Source of the DNA: Bugula neritina
Lineage: Eukaryota > Animalia > Bryozoa
Assembly (NCBI GenBank): GCA_964035545.1
Contig: OZ037768.1
Span: 24,151,319 to 24,215,318, forward strand
DNA: 64,000 nucleotides
Direction: 5' to 3'
Within the stretch, counting starts at the first letter, position 1. Every line of letters begins with the position of its first letter. The translations under genes were made by a program, and so were the position numbers. The notes under the pieces were generated by a model, which was not told the DNA's origin, did no database searches, and was given only the letters and a program-made list of their open reading frames with translations. Positions 61,201 to 64,000 of the stretch are shown here, piece by piece.

Positions 61201-63522
61201 GGGGCTTTCAGTTTACTGAAAACCAAGTCTAGCATTTCTCACTCCTTTGTATCTATTATATACTATATATTACTCTATTATATATACTCTATTTTACTTG
61301 TTATAGTGTATATACTATATATTACTTGCTATAGTGTATATACTATATATTACTTGCTATAGTGTATATACTATATATTACTTGCTATAGTATATATACT
61401 ATATATTACTTGCTATAGTATATATACTATATATTACTTGCTATAGTATATATACTATATATTACTTGCTATAGTAAATATACTATATATTACTATACTA
61501 TAGTGTATATACTATATATTACTTGCTATAGTGTATATACTATATATTACTTGCTATAGTGTATATACTATATATTACTTGCTATAGTGTATATACTATA
61601 TATTACTTGCTATAGTATATATACTATATATTACTTGCTATAGTATATATACTATATATTACTTGCTATAGTGTATATACTATATATTACTCTAGTATAT
61701 ATACTACTCTATTTTACTTGCTATAGTGTATATACTATATATTACTTGCTATAGTGTATATACTATATATTACTTGCTATAGTGTATATACTATATATTA
61801 CTTGCTATAGTGTATATACTATATATTACTTGCTATAGTATATATACTATATATTACTTGCTATACTATATATTACTATAGTATATATACTATATATTAC
61901 TTGCTATAGTGTATATACTATATATTACTCTAGTATATATACTACTCTATTTTACTTGCTATAGTGTATATACTATATATTACTTGCTATAGTGTATATA
62001 CTATATATTACTTGCTATAGTGTATATACTATATATTACTTGCTATAGTATATATACTATATATTACTTGCTATACTATATATTACTATAGTATATATAC
62101 TATATATTACTTGCTATACTATATATACTATATATTACTTGCTATAGTATATATACTCTATATTACTTGCTATAGTATATATACTATATATTACTTGCTA
62201 TAGTATATATACTCCATATTATCAAAGGGGAGGGAATCTCGCCAACTCTTTGACTAAGCAATTGGAGTCGCTGAGGGAGGAAAATAATAGACTGAGTTCT
62301 CAACTCAAAGAAGCTACAGATGAGTTGGCAGAGCATAAGAAGGCCCCTCAACCCCGTCTCAAGTCTGCATCAGACACTGTGACTAAGGGCTCCAAACCTA
62401 TGCTGCCTGCCAACCCTAAAGGAAGTGCTGCCTTTGTCCCGTCTGCTCCAGATGTAACAGCTAAACCCAACCAGCAGGTTTGTCAGTTGTCTTCCCTTTA
62501 CCGGGTCTTATTGTATTGCTGAGGGTTGCTGAGTCATGGATATTCCAAGTTTTCTTTGAGCTCTTAGTTAATAAATAGCGGCTGCTGGACTATGATTCTG
62601 TAAAACTTCAATACTAGAAGTTCTAAAAGCGTGTTTGCTTCCAACTTGCCTTTTAGTACTCATTTGTTATAAAAGGCCCTACAAGCTGACTTAATAACAG
62701 AAAAGCTATTAGTTATGAAGGTCTGTTATTACAATATGCTTAGCTTTATCATCAGTAGAAACAGCTGCTCAAATAAAAGCTATTAAATCATATCTAATTC
62801 TTATTGCGAGGAACACACTTGCTGAGCCTAGTCAATATTGACAGCAGTGAGATGTCTCCGTATACTGCTGTCTTTTGCCTTATGTTAGCTGCTGGTCTGT
62901 GCTTTAGACTCAGGACAATGCGAAGCTGGCAGTGAGGGAGGCCAACTTGGTGGCCCAAGTCTCTGAACTTGAGGCTAAGGTTGTGGAACTCAAGCAGAAG
63001 CTAAGTGACGTGAACGTAGTGAAGGGCAAGGAGTTGAGTGATTTGAATAGACTGATTGATGAGTGTGCAGATGACAAGTTGCAGACGGCTAGGAGAGACA
63101 AGAGTGTCATCAATGTGAGTCATCCATTCATATACTTTGTATTATCACCACCTAACACTTCCACATGTCATTTGAAAGCTTGAGAATTACTAAATGTTTG
63201 GTGTGTATCATTATGTTAATTTTACGATACACGAGGAAAGTTAATAATTTTATTGTATGAAGTGGGACACTTTGTTTGAAGTTTTGTATCTTCTGAGGTG
63301 AAGTATATTGGTAGAGTTTACAAAGCAGTGTTTCTAATGGACTCAGTGAGCCTCTCTCTATGACTTCCTGTGTTTCAGGAGAAGAATGAGGAGATTAAGA
63401 AACTGAAGAATGAGATCAGACGACTGAAGGACACCTCAGTTCTGAGTGACTATCAAACCTGTCGGGAGGAAAACTCCAAACTGAGACAGCAAGCTGATCA
63501 ATTGCAACATGAGTTTGATTTG
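52292..63522 (+). CDS. Large unidentified protein: Ser/Pro-rich disordered N-half plus long coiled coil; >20 exons, incomplete at right edge
   Basis: Phase-consistent exons include 52292-52786, 52905-52957, 53183-53404, 53714-53794, 53976-54141, 54643-54702, 54960-55037, ~55204-55305, 55394-55423, 56020-56065, 56319-56511, 56847-57273, 57366-57531, 57752-57957, further exons 58148-61156, 62228-62476, 62914-63114, 63379-63522. Heptad-rich E/K/L/Q sequence from ~57480 on; family not recognised. Confidence 0.8.
54139..54486. repeat. 32-bp repeat x~11 containing the donor
   Basis: Unit TCA|GTATGTTATCATATATCCCTTCATATATC; the first copy is the real donor at 54141/2. Confidence 0.95.
54746..54948. 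repeat. 20/23-bp repeat x~9 ending ~10 nt before acceptor 54959
   Basis: ATAGAATATAT(TAC)CACAAGTTT. Confidence 0.9.
55509..56019. repeat. 26-bp repeat x~20 containing the acceptor
   Basis: Unit TACTATTTATATTGTAG|ATTAGT(A/G)TA; the last copy is the real acceptor TTGTAG|AGC. Confidence 0.95.
58524..58685. repeat. 21-bp repeat x~7
   Basis: Unit CAGGCTACCCTGTAGTCACA(C). Confidence 0.9.
60352..60537. repeat. 22-bp repeat x~8
   Basis: Unit TCTGTAACTACTACTGCATACG. Confidence 0.93.
61253..62222. repeat. 28-bp minisatellite, ~34 copies, ending at acceptor 62227
   Basis: Unit TATATACTATATATTACTTGCTATAGT(G/A), with an internal higher-order duplication. Confidence 0.95.
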
Positions 63523-64000
63523 GTGAGTTGAGTTCTAGCTGAGCTGGATCAAGCTTGGCTAAGCTGAGCTGTGCTGTGCTGAGTTCATTTGTATGGACTA
63601 CCATTTTCAAAGTAGTTTTATACTGGAATTTCTTGCTGCAGCTAACCTGCATGTAGATGTGAATTGGATAGACAACTCCATAACACAGGAAAGATCTGTC
63701 TCATATGATTGGTTTTGTGAAGTTAAATGTTGTTTTAGAAATGTTTTGGTTTCTCCTTAAATTATAGAATATATTCTACAGCGTATGCTACAGGATGTTG
63801 ACTATAATAAGTTTGAAGGTGTATTATAACAAACAATGCTAGCTGGCAAATGTCTTACACGATTCTTTTTATAGGTTAGGTTTACAGTTACTTGACTTTA
63901 TGGTAGACATATTGCAGTAAGAGAGGCAGAGTTATTAACAATAATATTAAACTCATCTGTCTAGTTGAAGTTGTCTGCCTCTGATGCTCAGCAAACAGCT

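Overview
AT-rich, intron-rich eukaryotic (invertebrate metazoan-like) genomic DNA; not prokaryotic, no CRISPR or rRNA. Nine spliced genes were reconstructed by hand from GT-AG sites and reading-frame continuity: CSNK2B (-, 5' part), AMDHD1 (+), a small CS/HSP20-like protein (-), a claudin/PMP22-like tetraspan with a long tail (+), TIMM17 (-), a FAM227-like gene (+), HACD3 (-), MARS1 (+) and a large unidentified coiled-coil gene (+, runs off the right end). The first eight alternate strand as four head-to-head pairs. Mobile DNA: a decayed Academ(X)-type transposon rearranged into a fold-back inside a CSNK2B intron, a deleted pogo/Tigger element, a Harbinger-type MITE (plus a solo TIR), a tRNA-derived SINE and a 5'-truncated RTE-like LINE. 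The most striking pattern is that about 25 introns carry minisatellites, each with its own locally derived unit, that begin or end at a splice site. Several units copy the exon/intron junction itself, giving 3 to ~35 tandem decoy donors or acceptors next to the real one. Also noted: a candidate U12 intron, a 12-nt microexon and an ambiguous, possibly bicistronic, FAM227 3' end. Gene models are unverified by transcripts; repeat copy numbers are approximate hand counts.
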